From a virus (taxonomy: Duplodnaviria > Caudoviricetes): 57,275 nucleotides of DNA. Shown one piece after another: positions 38,853 to 47,343 of this stretch. How positions within the stretch are numbered: the first letter of the stretch is position 1; each line of letters begins with the position of its first letter. The notes below the pieces were generated by a model. That model was not told the origin of the DNA. It did not search any database and was given only the letters and a program-made list of their open reading frames with translations. Where the stretch lies: the IMG/VR virus record IMGVR_UViG_3300020463_002067, positions 1 to 57,275 of that record. One strand, written 5' to 3'. The position numbers were made by a program, and so were the translations under genes.

Positions 38853-39574
38853 CTAAGAAGCGAAATATATTTGATACACTAGAAGACCGACATCATGTTC
38901 TTAGGTACAAAGATAAAAACATTGACGATGATTTGTTAGCAAAATTACTTTTTAAAGCATGGAAAATTAGCCCATCAAAGAATAACTTTATGCCGTATAC
39001 TGTAAATGTTTTAGGTCCTGGTGATAAGAAGAAAAGATTAATATATGACAAGGTAGTAAGTAACCACAAATATTATGACGAAAAGGGATTACGTACAGAC
39101 AGTAAAGCTAACCCAAAAATGAAAGTAGAATATAATTTTAAATCTAATCCTTCATATAGGCATGTACTAGAAAATTCACATTTATTAATATTTGCATCAA
39201 GAGTTTGTCCAGAGCCTAATGTTTTTTATCGAGATAAAGTAAAACGAGAAGGACATTATGCTGAACAATGTGAAAAAAGTATGGTGCGAGATATAGCAGA
39301 AAGCACAAGTTTTGAAGTAGGATTATTTGCTCAAGCACTAACTGCACTTTGTATAGAACAAGGAATTGATGTATCTTATTGTGCATGTCTTCCAAAGAAC
39401 GAAACACGATGGATGGATACACCTTGGTTATGGTATGATGAAGGGTTAGCTAAGGTACATGTTATTATGTCTTTAGGATACGGCGATTACTATAGACATG
39501 AGTGGCTTAAGGAACAAGGCAATTTCACTAGAGATCGTAAGCCACCTGCACAGGATATAGTTAAATGGCGATAG
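38849..39574 (+). CDS. nitroreductase-superfamily flavoprotein (paralog of 35882..36529)
   Basis: RHHVLRY, AWKISPSKNNFMPY, GHYAEQ, SFEVGLF, IMSLGYG. ATG 38849 chosen for its GGAG RBS and ATGA overlap. Confidence 0.7.
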   Translation: MTKKRNIFDTLEDRHHVLRYKDKNIDDDLLAKLLFKAWKISPSKNNFMPYTVNVLGPGDKKKRLIYDKVVSNHKYYDEKGLRTDSKANPKMKVEYNFKSNPSYRHVLENSHLLIFASRVCPEPNVFYRDKVKREGHYAEQCEKSMVRDIAESTSFEVGLFAQALTALCIEQGIDVSYCACLPKNETRWMDTPWLWYDEGLAKVHVIMSLGYGDYYRHEWLKEQGNFTRDRKPPAQDIVKWR

Positions 39575-40284
39575 ATGTAAAACAGTTACAAACAATAATT
39601 GATAATCTAGTTACGCAAGAAATGCGTGACTTTGCAAACACACCTGATGCAGATAAAAACAGACTAAGACAGTTACGACAAAAAGATGTGTTGGATAGTT
39701 TTAGTTCAAATCAGTTTTTATCAAAGTTAAATTTAATTGATCATATTAAAAGTTTAAATTTTTTAGACAAAGATTCAGAAATAGTTATTATGGGAAGTTG
39801 GTATGGAAGTATTCTTATTCCTGCCTTTTATAATGAAGTCAAAAAAATTACTTGCATTGATGTTGATTCTGACGTAATATACAGAGCCAAATACGAATTG
39901 TTTAAAGGCTTTGATGTAGATTTTATAACAGATGATGTTTTTGAAACTTATAGAGATCAATACAAAGATACTACTTTGTTTATTAATACTTCTTGTGAAC
40001 ACATGCGACCTATGAAAGAATGGGGTCCTGAAGGACCTAGGTCAAAATTTAAAGATAATAAGTTCGGAGTACCTCAAACTTATAAGACTGCTTGGTGGAA
40101 AAAAGTATCACCTGCTTACTTTGCGTTTCAATCAAATGCAATGTTTGATATACCAACACATATAAATTGTGTAAACACAATACAAGAATTTAAAGATCAA
40201 TTACCTGAAAACTCTGAAATATTAATAGAAGATGAAATACCAGATGAAAGAGGTACAAGATTTACTTTGATTGGCAAATTATAG
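39565..40284 (+). CDS. class I SAM-dependent methyltransferase-like protein
   Basis: IVIMGSWYG (motif I variant), ITCIDVD, FINTSCEHM. Confidence 0.65.
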   Translation: MAIDVKQLQTIIDNLVTQEMRDFANTPDADKNRLRQLRQKDVLDSFSSNQFLSKLNLIDHIKSLNFLDKDSEIVIMGSWYGSILIPAFYNEVKKITCIDVDSDVIYRAKYELFKGFDVDFITDDVFETYRDQYKDTTLFINTSCEHMRPMKEWGPEGPRSKFKDNKFGVPQTYKTAWWKKVSPAYFAFQSNAMFDIPTHINCVNTIQEFKDQLPENSEILIEDEIPDERGTRFTLIGKL

Positions 40285-40924
40285 TATGTATTTTATTACT
40301 TAATATTTCGTTTGCTTTTTCGCCTGGATGTTTATTATCTTCTGCAAGCGGCAAGTCATAGCGTAATTTTATAGGATGTAGTTTTACTTGATTCCATTCC
40401 GGAATAGCTTCTTGTTTAATACTAGTGTTAATTAGTAGATGATAATTTTTTACATTAATATTATCTAAGTAACTTTTAATATGGTTAATTTGTCCTACGC
40501 TTTCTACAATAGCATTGTAATCATAATAATAATTTTCATAAAAAGTTTCTGCTAATGATCTTTCTTGTTCTGGCCTTTCTGGATTGTTAATATCACTTAC
40601 CATAATTCTTTGATACCTATTTTTGTTTTTAAGTATGCAAGTACGATTATGGTATGTCCATAAAATTACTACAATATCTTTATTAGTGAGATGAGTGTTT
40701 AGTATGTTATGCCAAATAAACTTATTTGAAGTTCCAGGTAAACCTAAATTACAGCATTCTATATTTAATTTATCTGCAAGCAGTTGAGGCCAAGCGTATT
40801 TGCTTGGAAATTTTCCTGCATCAGGCCCTTCAATACCATCTATATTTTCTCCCTCAGGTACCCAACAATCTTTTAAGCCTTCTCCATAAGTATGGCTACA
40901 ACCAAAGGCTACTAATCTGCTCAT
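40262..40924 (-). CDS. SGNH/GDSL-like hydrolase or acyltransferase
   Basis: AFGCSHTYG (block I), NLGLPGTSN (block II), DNKHPG (block V DxxH). Confidence 0.75.
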   Translation of the reverse strand: MSRLVAFGCSHTYGEGLKDCWVPEGENIDGIEGPDAGKFPSKYAWPQLLADKLNIECCNLGLPGTSNKFIWHNILNTHLTNKDIVVILWTYHNRTCILKNKNRYQRIMVSDINNPERPEQERSLAETFYENYYYDYNAIVESVGQINHIKSYLDNINVKNYHLLINTSIKQEAIPEWNQVKLHPIKLRYDLPLAEDNKHPGEKANEILSNKIHTIICQSK

Positions 40925-41619
40925 GATGATCTCATATGTTCATAAATTGCTTGAGCATATTTCTTGTGTGCTTTTCTACCAGGATGCATTCCGTCTAATG
41001 CTATACCGTGTTCTTTTTTAAATAATAGACATTTACAAACTTTACTATCTACCCATTCAGGAGCAGTATTCCAATTCCACCTCTTATCATTTATAAAGTG
41101 AAAGTTTCTTACTCCTTTAGCATCTAAGTGATATTTTATATGAGATATCTTACAATATGAATCTAGTATAGCATCAGCATCACTATGGTAATCTCCATAC
41201 CAATCTTCAGTCCTATTTCTTTTTTCATCTTTTATTTTTTGTAACGCTATTCCTTTAGACATCCTTATCTTACCTTCTCTATTCTCAATATCATTAGGTA
41301 AAAATCTTTCGTTAGATCCATCTTCATAAAAAATTGAGTATCTATCAAAAAAAGTCCATTGTACAACTACTGTATCTTTTATATGATCTATCGGTGTTTG
41401 TAAAATATTAAGCCATATTTTTTTATTTGATGCACCACCTTCTGCAAGATTAAGCACTGTATCAAAGTGCATAAGTTTTGCCAATTCTCTCGGCCAAGCA
41501 TAACGACTTGGTTCGCCTTTATTAAATCCAAACTTATGATTTGGATCATGATGCCAAATATCATCTAAACCTTCGCCGAATGTATTACTACACCCATAGG
41601 CTAGTAATCTAGTTTGCAT
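40921..41619 (-). CDS. SGNH/GDSL-like hydrolase or acyltransferase (paralog)
   Basis: AYGCSNTFG, NLAEGGASN, DGMHPG; ATGA coupling. Confidence 0.75.
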   Translation of the reverse strand: MQTRLLAYGCSNTFGEGLDDIWHHDPNHKFGFNKGEPSRYAWPRELAKLMHFDTVLNLAEGGASNKKIWLNILQTPIDHIKDTVVVQWTFFDRYSIFYEDGSNERFLPNDIENREGKIRMSKGIALQKIKDEKRNRTEDWYGDYHSDADAILDSYCKISHIKYHLDAKGVRNFHFINDKRWNWNTAPEWVDSKVCKCLLFKKEHGIALDGMHPGRKAHKKYAQAIYEHMRSS

Positions 41620-42578
41620 TACTTTATTTCCGTTACGTTAATTGTTCTCTTTCTTATAGTGTTTACTTTAATAGAAGATTCATTAGGTATTATGTGTTCT
41701 ACACCATAAGGATCAGTTGCTTTGTTAGTTGTTCTAATATCTACAATTTTAATTTTGTTAAACTTTTTATCCCAAGGTTCAGGTAGTTGACGCCTTTCGG
41801 TCCAGTCAGAATGGCTTTCATCTAGTGTAGTAAGATGACTGCCGTTTCCAGAACCAATTGCTAATTCATAATCATCAGTTTCCCATCTAGCTCTATTTTT
41901 TTGTGGAGTGCCTATACCAATACCATAAGCAATTTTTTTCTTACCATCTAAAACATCTTGTAATATTCCTAGTTTCTTTTCCCAGAACATATTACCATTA
42001 AGGTCTCCGTGACTTTTATTACAGCCTGTTGCAAGTCCTAAACTATTTGCGGCTCTCATAACAAGGCCCATAGCAATACCTATGCTCACATAAGAGTTTT
42101 CCCAACGTGCATGATGGTTGTTATCTTTTAATGTTCCGTCACTATTACAGTTTTGTTGTGTTTCAGGTTGCTTTGCTACAAATAATATATATAGGCTTGC
42201 ATTAGCTTGTGTATTACGCCATGTTGAAGGCGGAGTTCTAGTGTGTGTTGACCCCCAGGTATACTTTGAACATTCTTCAATTACTTTTCTATCTGCGGTC
42301 CAGTATACATCATAGTATGCTTCGTGTTGTTTAGATGGAGAGTTTTCTGCGTGCCATAATAAGAAGTCAACTGTTTCAGGATGTACAGGTTCGCTATAAT
42401 CCCAATTACGCTGACATTTTTGCATATTGCGTATAATTTCCATTTCTTGATCCCAGTTGTAGAACATGTGTTTTATATGCATATCTCTTTCTTGGCTTCG
42501 AACATTAAAACCGTAAGCAATTCTTGCTTGCCTATTTGCTTCACTTTCACCAAATTTTCTACTAAATTTCTTACCCAC
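41619..42578 (-). CDS. nitroreductase-superfamily flavoprotein (third, more divergent)
   Basis: CQRNWDYSEPV, NSPSKQHEAYY, SIGIAMGLVMRAANSLGLATGC, GIGIG; GTG start with AAGGAG RBS. Confidence 0.7.
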   Translation of the reverse strand: MGKKFSRKFGESEANRQARIAYGFNVRSQERDMHIKHMFYNWDQEMEIIRNMQKCQRNWDYSEPVHPETVDFLLWHAENSPSKQHEAYYDVYWTADRKVIEECSKYTWGSTHTRTPPSTWRNTQANASLYILFVAKQPETQQNCNSDGTLKDNNHHARWENSYVSIGIAMGLVMRAANSLGLATGCNKSHGDLNGNMFWEKKLGILQDVLDGKKKIAYGIGIGTPQKNRARWETDDYELAIGSGNGSHLTTLDESHSDWTERRQLPEPWDKKFNKIKIVDIRTTNKATDPYGVEHIIPNESSIKVNTIRKRTINVTEIK

Positions 42579-42603
42579 AATGGTCTCCTTAATTAGTTAT
42601 ACA

Positions 42604-42611
42604 TATTTATT
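42604..42611 (-). promoter_or_regulatory. T4-late-like promoter AATAAATA
   Basis: TATTTATT on + strand in the divergent intergenic region, 25 nt upstream of the 42578 start. Confidence 0.55.
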
Positions 42612-42646
42612 ACATGCCATATTGCTTAAATGCAATGCTGATGTAA

Positions 42647-42654
42647 AATAAGTA
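42647..42654 (+). promoter_or_regulatory. possible variant late promoter AATAAGTA
   Basis: 6/8 match, upstream of an AGGAG RBS and the ATG at 42677; the divergent + strand operon needs its own promoter. Confidence 0.3.
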
Positions 42655-42676
42655 ATATAGTAGCAGGAGAACAAGA

Positions 42677-43297
42677 ATGTTAGAATATGTGACCTTATGT
42701 ACCTATGGCGATTTTATAGAATTAGACATTACATTAAAAGAACCAAAGAATATTGTAAAATGGTCTGAGGAAAACTTTACATATGTGAAGTATAATCCTC
42801 GCAAAAATATTAATCGTTGGGGACTAAGTATTACAAGTTTAGACGGAGGTTTATCAGGACGTCCTGACCTTGATTCCTTTTACGCAGAAGATCCTGCATC
42901 TATGCCAACAGAGATGGATATTAATGTACCTACGCCTGTTTACGAGCATCCTGAAATTAAAAAGTTATGCGAACATTGGCAACCTTATGTAGGACGTTCA
43001 CACTTCTTAAAAATACCTCCAGGAGGATTTTTCCCACCACACAGAGATTTCAAATCTACTGACTTACATTCTTTTAGAATAATTGTGCCTATGAGAAATA
43101 TGGAATATCCTAAGTTTACATTTATGCTAGAAGATAAAATTTTACCTTGGAAAAACGGCTCTGCATATTTTCTTAATACTGCAAAACAACATCATTTGTT
43201 TAATGCTGGGAGCGAAGATGCTTATATGATTGTACTTAATGTAGGAACTAATCCTAAAACAGTTATGACAGTTATTGAGCGTATGCGAGCAAAATGA
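42677..43297 (+). CDS. 2OG-Fe(II) oxygenase, aspartyl/asparaginyl beta-hydroxylase-like
   Basis: IPPGGFFPPHRD (HxD), RIIVP, YFLNTAKQHHLFNAG (distal His). Confidence 0.8.
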   Translation: MLEYVTLCTYGDFIELDITLKEPKNIVKWSEENFTYVKYNPRKNINRWGLSITSLDGGLSGRPDLDSFYAEDPASMPTEMDINVPTPVYEHPEIKKLCEHWQPYVGRSHFLKIPPGGFFPPHRDFKSTDLHSFRIIVPMRNMEYPKFTFMLEDKILPWKNGSAYFLNTAKQHHLFNAGSEDAYMIVLNVGTNPKTVMTVIERMRAK

Positions 43298-43818
43298 ATT
43301 ATTACACTGAAGAACTAACACAGGTCACGCCTGCTTTAGAAGACTTTATAGCACAGTGCAAATTGTTTGGTTGGAAAAACAATAGCAGTCTCAAAGAACT
43401 ACGTTGGGATTGGTGCTTAGAAAAAGGTATGTGGTATGCTACATACACAGATAATACAATAGTAAGCCTTACAGGTATACATCCTTTTAAGGACGGCTAT
43501 AGAGCTTTATATAGAGGAGCTCAGTTATGGCCACGACGTGTAAAAGGACTGAACAGATATCAAATGCAAAGTTGGGGTATATATGCACACCTTCCTCTAC
43601 AGATAGAATTTGCAAAAGGCAAGCCTTTATACATCACAACAAATACAGATAGAGATAACAGTGGGAGAATGAATAGGATACACAATAGTTTTTCTGCTAT
43701 GGCTAGAGGTAAAATGGTTGAATGGATTTGTAACGAACAAGTTTTTAATTCTGTACAAAGTATTTGGAAATTAAATAATGACAAATATTTTGAAATAAGG
43801 AAACGTTATGAAGATTAA
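43294..43818 (+). CDS. hypothetical protein, possible GNAT-like fold
   Basis: 174 aa, ATGA coupling; WYATYTDNTIVSLTGIH...YRALYRGAQL resembles GNAT beta strands, weakly. Confidence 0.45.
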   Translation: MNYYTEELTQVTPALEDFIAQCKLFGWKNNSSLKELRWDWCLEKGMWYATYTDNTIVSLTGIHPFKDGYRALYRGAQLWPRRVKGLNRYQMQSWGIYAHLPLQIEFAKGKPLYITTNTDRDNSGRMNRIHNSFSAMARGKMVEWICNEQVFNSVQSIWKLNNDKYFEIRKRYED

Positions 43819-44974
43819 CATAATCGGCGGAGGAACAAGTGGTTGGTGGACTGCTGGTTATCTACGTAAAAATCATCCTGATATTGAGATAACACTTATT
43901 GAATCACCTAACATAGCAACAGTTGGCGTGGGCGAAAGTACTATGCCTAATGTAAGAGCATTCTTTGAAGAATTAGAAATACCAGAAGAAGCATGGATCA
44001 AAAGTTGTAGTGGAGTACGTAAAGAAGGAAATGTAAAAACAAATTTTAATTATGTAGGTGACGAGCCTTTAAATTTTATGTTTATTCATAGCGGGTTTGA
44101 TGAATGGTATGAGAAATATAAAAACAAGGAAGTAACCAAATACAGTTTATATGATTTATATAATCCAGATGATTGGAGAGGATTCGCATATCACATTGAT
44201 GCCGCTCAAGCATGGCAAATTGTAAAAGAATACACAAAAGATATTAACCACGTGCTTTCTACTGTTACGAGAGAAGAATTACCACAAGCAGATTTAAATA
44301 TAGATTGTACAGGATTAGGTAAGCATCTAATGAAAGATAAAACTATGCATACCTATCCAGATACATTAGTTGATACTTGTATTGTAAGACGTATACAAGA
44401 AGATACAAAAAATTATTCGGAAACTATAGGTAGAGATTATGGTTGGGACTTTAATGTCTATCTGAGTGATAGACGTGTGGGTTGTGGATATGTTTTTGAT
44501 AGTAGTAAAATTAGTATTGAAGATGCTAAAAAAGAATATATGCAAAACAACGGACACAGAGAATTTTTAACAGATTTTCGTGTGCTTGAATGGGAGCCAG
44601 GAAGATTAAAAACACCATGGCAAGGAGATACTGTCGCCGTGGGATTAAGTGCAGGATTTATAGAGCCAATGGAAGCAAATGGATTAAGTTTACTAATACA
44701 TCATATTAAAACACTATCCAGAGTGCTCGGAAAGCCCAGAGCAGATGTTATATATAATAGAGCAGTTGCTAAGGTTTTTGATCAAGTTGCAGATTTTATA
44801 TGGCATCATTATGCGTGTACTACACGACAAGAAACAAGTTTTTGGCAACACTATGCTAAGTTAGATGGAAAAACTACATTAATGAAACGTATTCAAGATA
44901 ACACAAATTTAAAGACTAATTTGTATCCGTCGTATGTATATGCATACCTAGCAATTTATTATGGGAGTGTATAA
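43808..44974 (+). CDS. flavin-dependent tryptophan-halogenase family protein
   Basis: IIGGGTSGW (FAD), TVGVGEST, Lys in GVRKEG at the PrnA catalytic-Lys-equivalent position, YHIDA, IDCTG, VGLSAGFIEPMEANG. Confidence 0.88.
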   Translation: MKINIIGGGTSGWWTAGYLRKNHPDIEITLIESPNIATVGVGESTMPNVRAFFEELEIPEEAWIKSCSGVRKEGNVKTNFNYVGDEPLNFMFIHSGFDEWYEKYKNKEVTKYSLYDLYNPDDWRGFAYHIDAAQAWQIVKEYTKDINHVLSTVTREELPQADLNIDCTGLGKHLMKDKTMHTYPDTLVDTCIVRRIQEDTKNYSETIGRDYGWDFNVYLSDRRVGCGYVFDSSKISIEDAKKEYMQNNGHREFLTDFRVLEWEPGRLKTPWQGDTVAVGLSAGFIEPMEANGLSLLIHHIKTLSRVLGKPRADVIYNRAVAKVFDQVADFIWHHYACTTRQETSFWQHYAKLDGKTTLMKRIQDNTNLKTNLYPSYVYAYLAIYYGSV

Positions 44975-45177
44975 TGGATTGGAATCACTTAAAAAAGATT
45001 AAAACAGGATACTTTAAGCACTTTTTTTATGCTATGTACTTTAACATACTAGCTCTATTAGTGTTTATAACTGGTACAATACATGCCATATTTCCTCCTT
45101 TATTTGCATTTACGCCATACAAATTAGCCAAGAAGATTACAGATGGAACTGAAAAACATTTTAAAAAACGGAACTAG
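44974..45177 (+). CDS. small membrane protein, DUF6356-like
   Basis: HL....GYFKHF..A, hydrophobic helix, IHAIFPPLF; TAATG coupling. Confidence 0.6.
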   Translation: MDWNHLKKIKTGYFKHFFYAMYFNILALLVFITGTIHAIFPPLFAFTPYKLAKKITDGTEKHFKKRN

Positions 45178-45826
45178 TATAAGTTCTAGTGGCACAACAG
45201 GACCTGCAAAACAAATATATCAAAGCCCTGATAAAATTAAACATGCAAATCAATCGGCACGTGACGTACAAAAGATTACAAGTACAAGCAAAATTTATAC
45301 TGTTTGCAAATTAGATCATGCAGGCGGATTGCTTGCACAAACATTGCCAGCTATAGAAATAGATGCTGAGGTACATATAGAACAGTTCAATCCCTTTAAG
45401 TGGGTTAGAAGTATAAAATATTTTACTCACAGTCATTTAACACCCGGAATGTGTCTTGCTATATCAAAGACTAAAGGATGGAACAATTTAGATTTAGAAG
45501 GTAAGATTATTGCTTGTGGTAGCGATAGAGTACCTGCAGAATGTATTAATAGATTTGTAGCCAAAGGTGCTACTTTTATTGCTAATTGGGGAATGAGTGA
45601 AATAGGTCCAATGGCAATAAACAAAACATATACGCCACAAGATGCAGAAGCATATGATTTGCCAGGATATACTATAATGGGTGATACAGCGTTCTGTGAT
45701 ATACAAATATCTGAACGGAATGAATTAATTGTTAAAGGTGATATTTGTGTATACGATGATTGGTTTGCTACAGGCGATATTGTAAAATTTGACAAAGGAA
45801 GTTATTGGTACTATGGTAGAAAGTAA
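45143..45826 (+). CDS. minimal adenylate-forming (AMP-binding) enzyme
   Basis: SSSGTTGPAK (A3), WGMSE (A5), ELIVKG (A6), WFATGD (A7), ends YYGRK (A8); only 227 aa. Confidence 0.8.
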   Translation: MELKNILKNGTSISSSGTTGPAKQIYQSPDKIKHANQSARDVQKITSTSKIYTVCKLDHAGGLLAQTLPAIEIDAEVHIEQFNPFKWVRSIKYFTHSHLTPGMCLAISKTKGWNNLDLEGKIIACGSDRVPAECINRFVAKGATFIANWGMSEIGPMAINKTYTPQDAEAYDLPGYTIMGDTAFCDIQISERNELIVKGDICVYDDWFATGDIVKFDKGSYWYYGRK

Positions 45827-46541
45827 TTGTATAACATTAAATTTTCCACAAGGAAGTGGAGGTCACATGCTAGGACGTATGATAGCATGTTGCGAAAATG
45901 TTGCCTGGTACGATCATGAACAAAATAATGATCATCCTTGGTTACCTTATATGGGCAAAGATAAAGATTTTAGTAAAATGCACTTCAACAAAAGATTTAA
46001 AGGAGCAAAGCCTAAAGGACTAGATCCCGAATTTACTATACCTCCAGTATTAAGTTTTGCACGATCAAGAGGAATAACAACTACTCCTGCAGATATACAA
46101 GCATGGAAGAAAAAATTATATCCCAATCACTTTATATACACACTGCATGATGACTTAGATGAAACTAAAAAGTTTTTTGATCCTGCACAGTATATTGTTG
46201 TAATACCAGATGATATCGAATTATTAATTGAAAGATGGATGCGATCAAGTTATTATTATTTTGTTGATCCTAAAAACAAAGAATATTTGTACAAAGATTT
46301 ATATGAAGATAGAGCTAAAGAACAAGGTATTACTATGAAGCAAGTACTTGCTAATGAGTTTGAAATACAAATTGAAAATTATAAAACACACTCAACTGAA
46401 GATGATGTTGTTATTACAGAAATAAATGATATCTTAAAGTATGATGTATATGAAGAAGTATGCAATAAATTGCAACTTATAATTAATAAAGAAAACTATG
46501 ATAAATGTAAAGTACTGTTTGAAAACAGATCACATCTTTAA
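45813..46541 (+). CDS. hypothetical protein, possible sulfotransferase-like P-loop fold
   Basis: N-terminal LNFPQGSGGHMLGRMI resembles the PAPS-binding loop region. ATG 45813 preferred to the TTG at 45789. Confidence 0.45.
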   Translation: MVESNCITLNFPQGSGGHMLGRMIACCENVAWYDHEQNNDHPWLPYMGKDKDFSKMHFNKRFKGAKPKGLDPEFTIPPVLSFARSRGITTTPADIQAWKKKLYPNHFIYTLHDDLDETKKFFDPAQYIVVIPDDIELLIERWMRSSYYYFVDPKNKEYLYKDLYEDRAKEQGITMKQVLANEFEIQIENYKTHSTEDDVVITEINDILKYDVYEEVCNKLQLIINKENYDKCKVLFENRSHL

Positions 46542-47267
46542 TATTTCAAAATAGAAACGTTTTCTATCTTTTTTGTATTGCTCTAACTTACAGTTATATT
46601 CTTTTGCAAGTGCATATGCAAATTCGAAACTCCACGGAAATATATCTACGTAAGGTCCTTTAGGCCAAAGTATCCCTGGATTGACTCTAAAATACATTCT
46701 TCCACCTACGTCTAGTAAAGAATGTAACTTTGTAAAACGAGTACGAATATCAGCTTCGTCACCAAAGTTCAAACTACCAAACACAATCATATGGTCATAC
46801 TTTTCATCTACATTAAAGTCTAATATATCTACCATATAATCTGCATTTTCGTTGAAAGGATCTATTCCTGTAAGATTCTTAATACGTGGTTTAAATTGAT
46901 TATAACCACAACCAAAGTCTAAAACATTCTTTGGATCACGCTCATTTATTCTATCAACAATACTCCAACCACTGTAGGTATGTTCATCTGTATTAGGCTT
47001 CCATATTTCTCCAAAGAACCTTTTCATATAAAATGTATCTAATGATTGTACAAATTGTTCTACTGTACCAGTCAAATCTAATTGTTCAATATCTAATTCA
47101 TGCATTAAACTTTGACAGAACTTTTCTTTACGTGCAGGTGTAAATGGCATATCGTCAATAATACTATGCTTATCTAATTGCAAGTCACCGTATTTAGGCA
47201 AGCTAAACGCTTGTTCTAAATTTTGCATAACTAACGAAAAAATTCGTGTATTCATAATTTTTTTCAC
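46530..47267 (-). CDS. class I SAM-dependent methyltransferase with an N-terminal helical (ACP-like?) domain
   Basis: VLDFGCG, TGIDP, YDHMIVFGSLNF, LDVGGRMY; about 80 aa N-terminal extension. Confidence 0.8.
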   Translation of the reverse strand: MKKIMNTRIFSLVMQNLEQAFSLPKYGDLQLDKHSIIDDMPFTPARKEKFCQSLMHELDIEQLDLTGTVEQFVQSLDTFYMKRFFGEIWKPNTDEHTYSGWSIVDRINERDPKNVLDFGCGYNQFKPRIKNLTGIDPFNENADYMVDILDFNVDEKYDHMIVFGSLNFGDEADIRTRFTKLHSLLDVGGRMYFRVNPGILWPKGPYVDIFPWSFEFAYALAKEYNCKLEQYKKDRKRFYFEILKM

Positions 47268-47312
47268 TTTCTATTAAAAAAATTCCACTATTCTTCAAAA
47301 AAGTTTGTTCCT

Positions 47313-47330
47313 TATATAATTAATTATATA
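47313..47330. promoter_or_regulatory. perfect 18-bp palindrome TATATAATTAATTATATA; candidate bidirectional promoter or operator
   Basis: Lies in the divergent gap 47268-47343; gives TATAATTA (7/8 to TATAAATA) on both strands, each followed by AGGAA. Confidence 0.5.
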
Positions 47331-47343
47331 GAAGGAAAAAAGC

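Noticed and set aside
42621-42636. Short inverted repeat ATTGC/GCAAT in the divergent gap
   Set aside because: Only a 5-bp stem, expected by chance.
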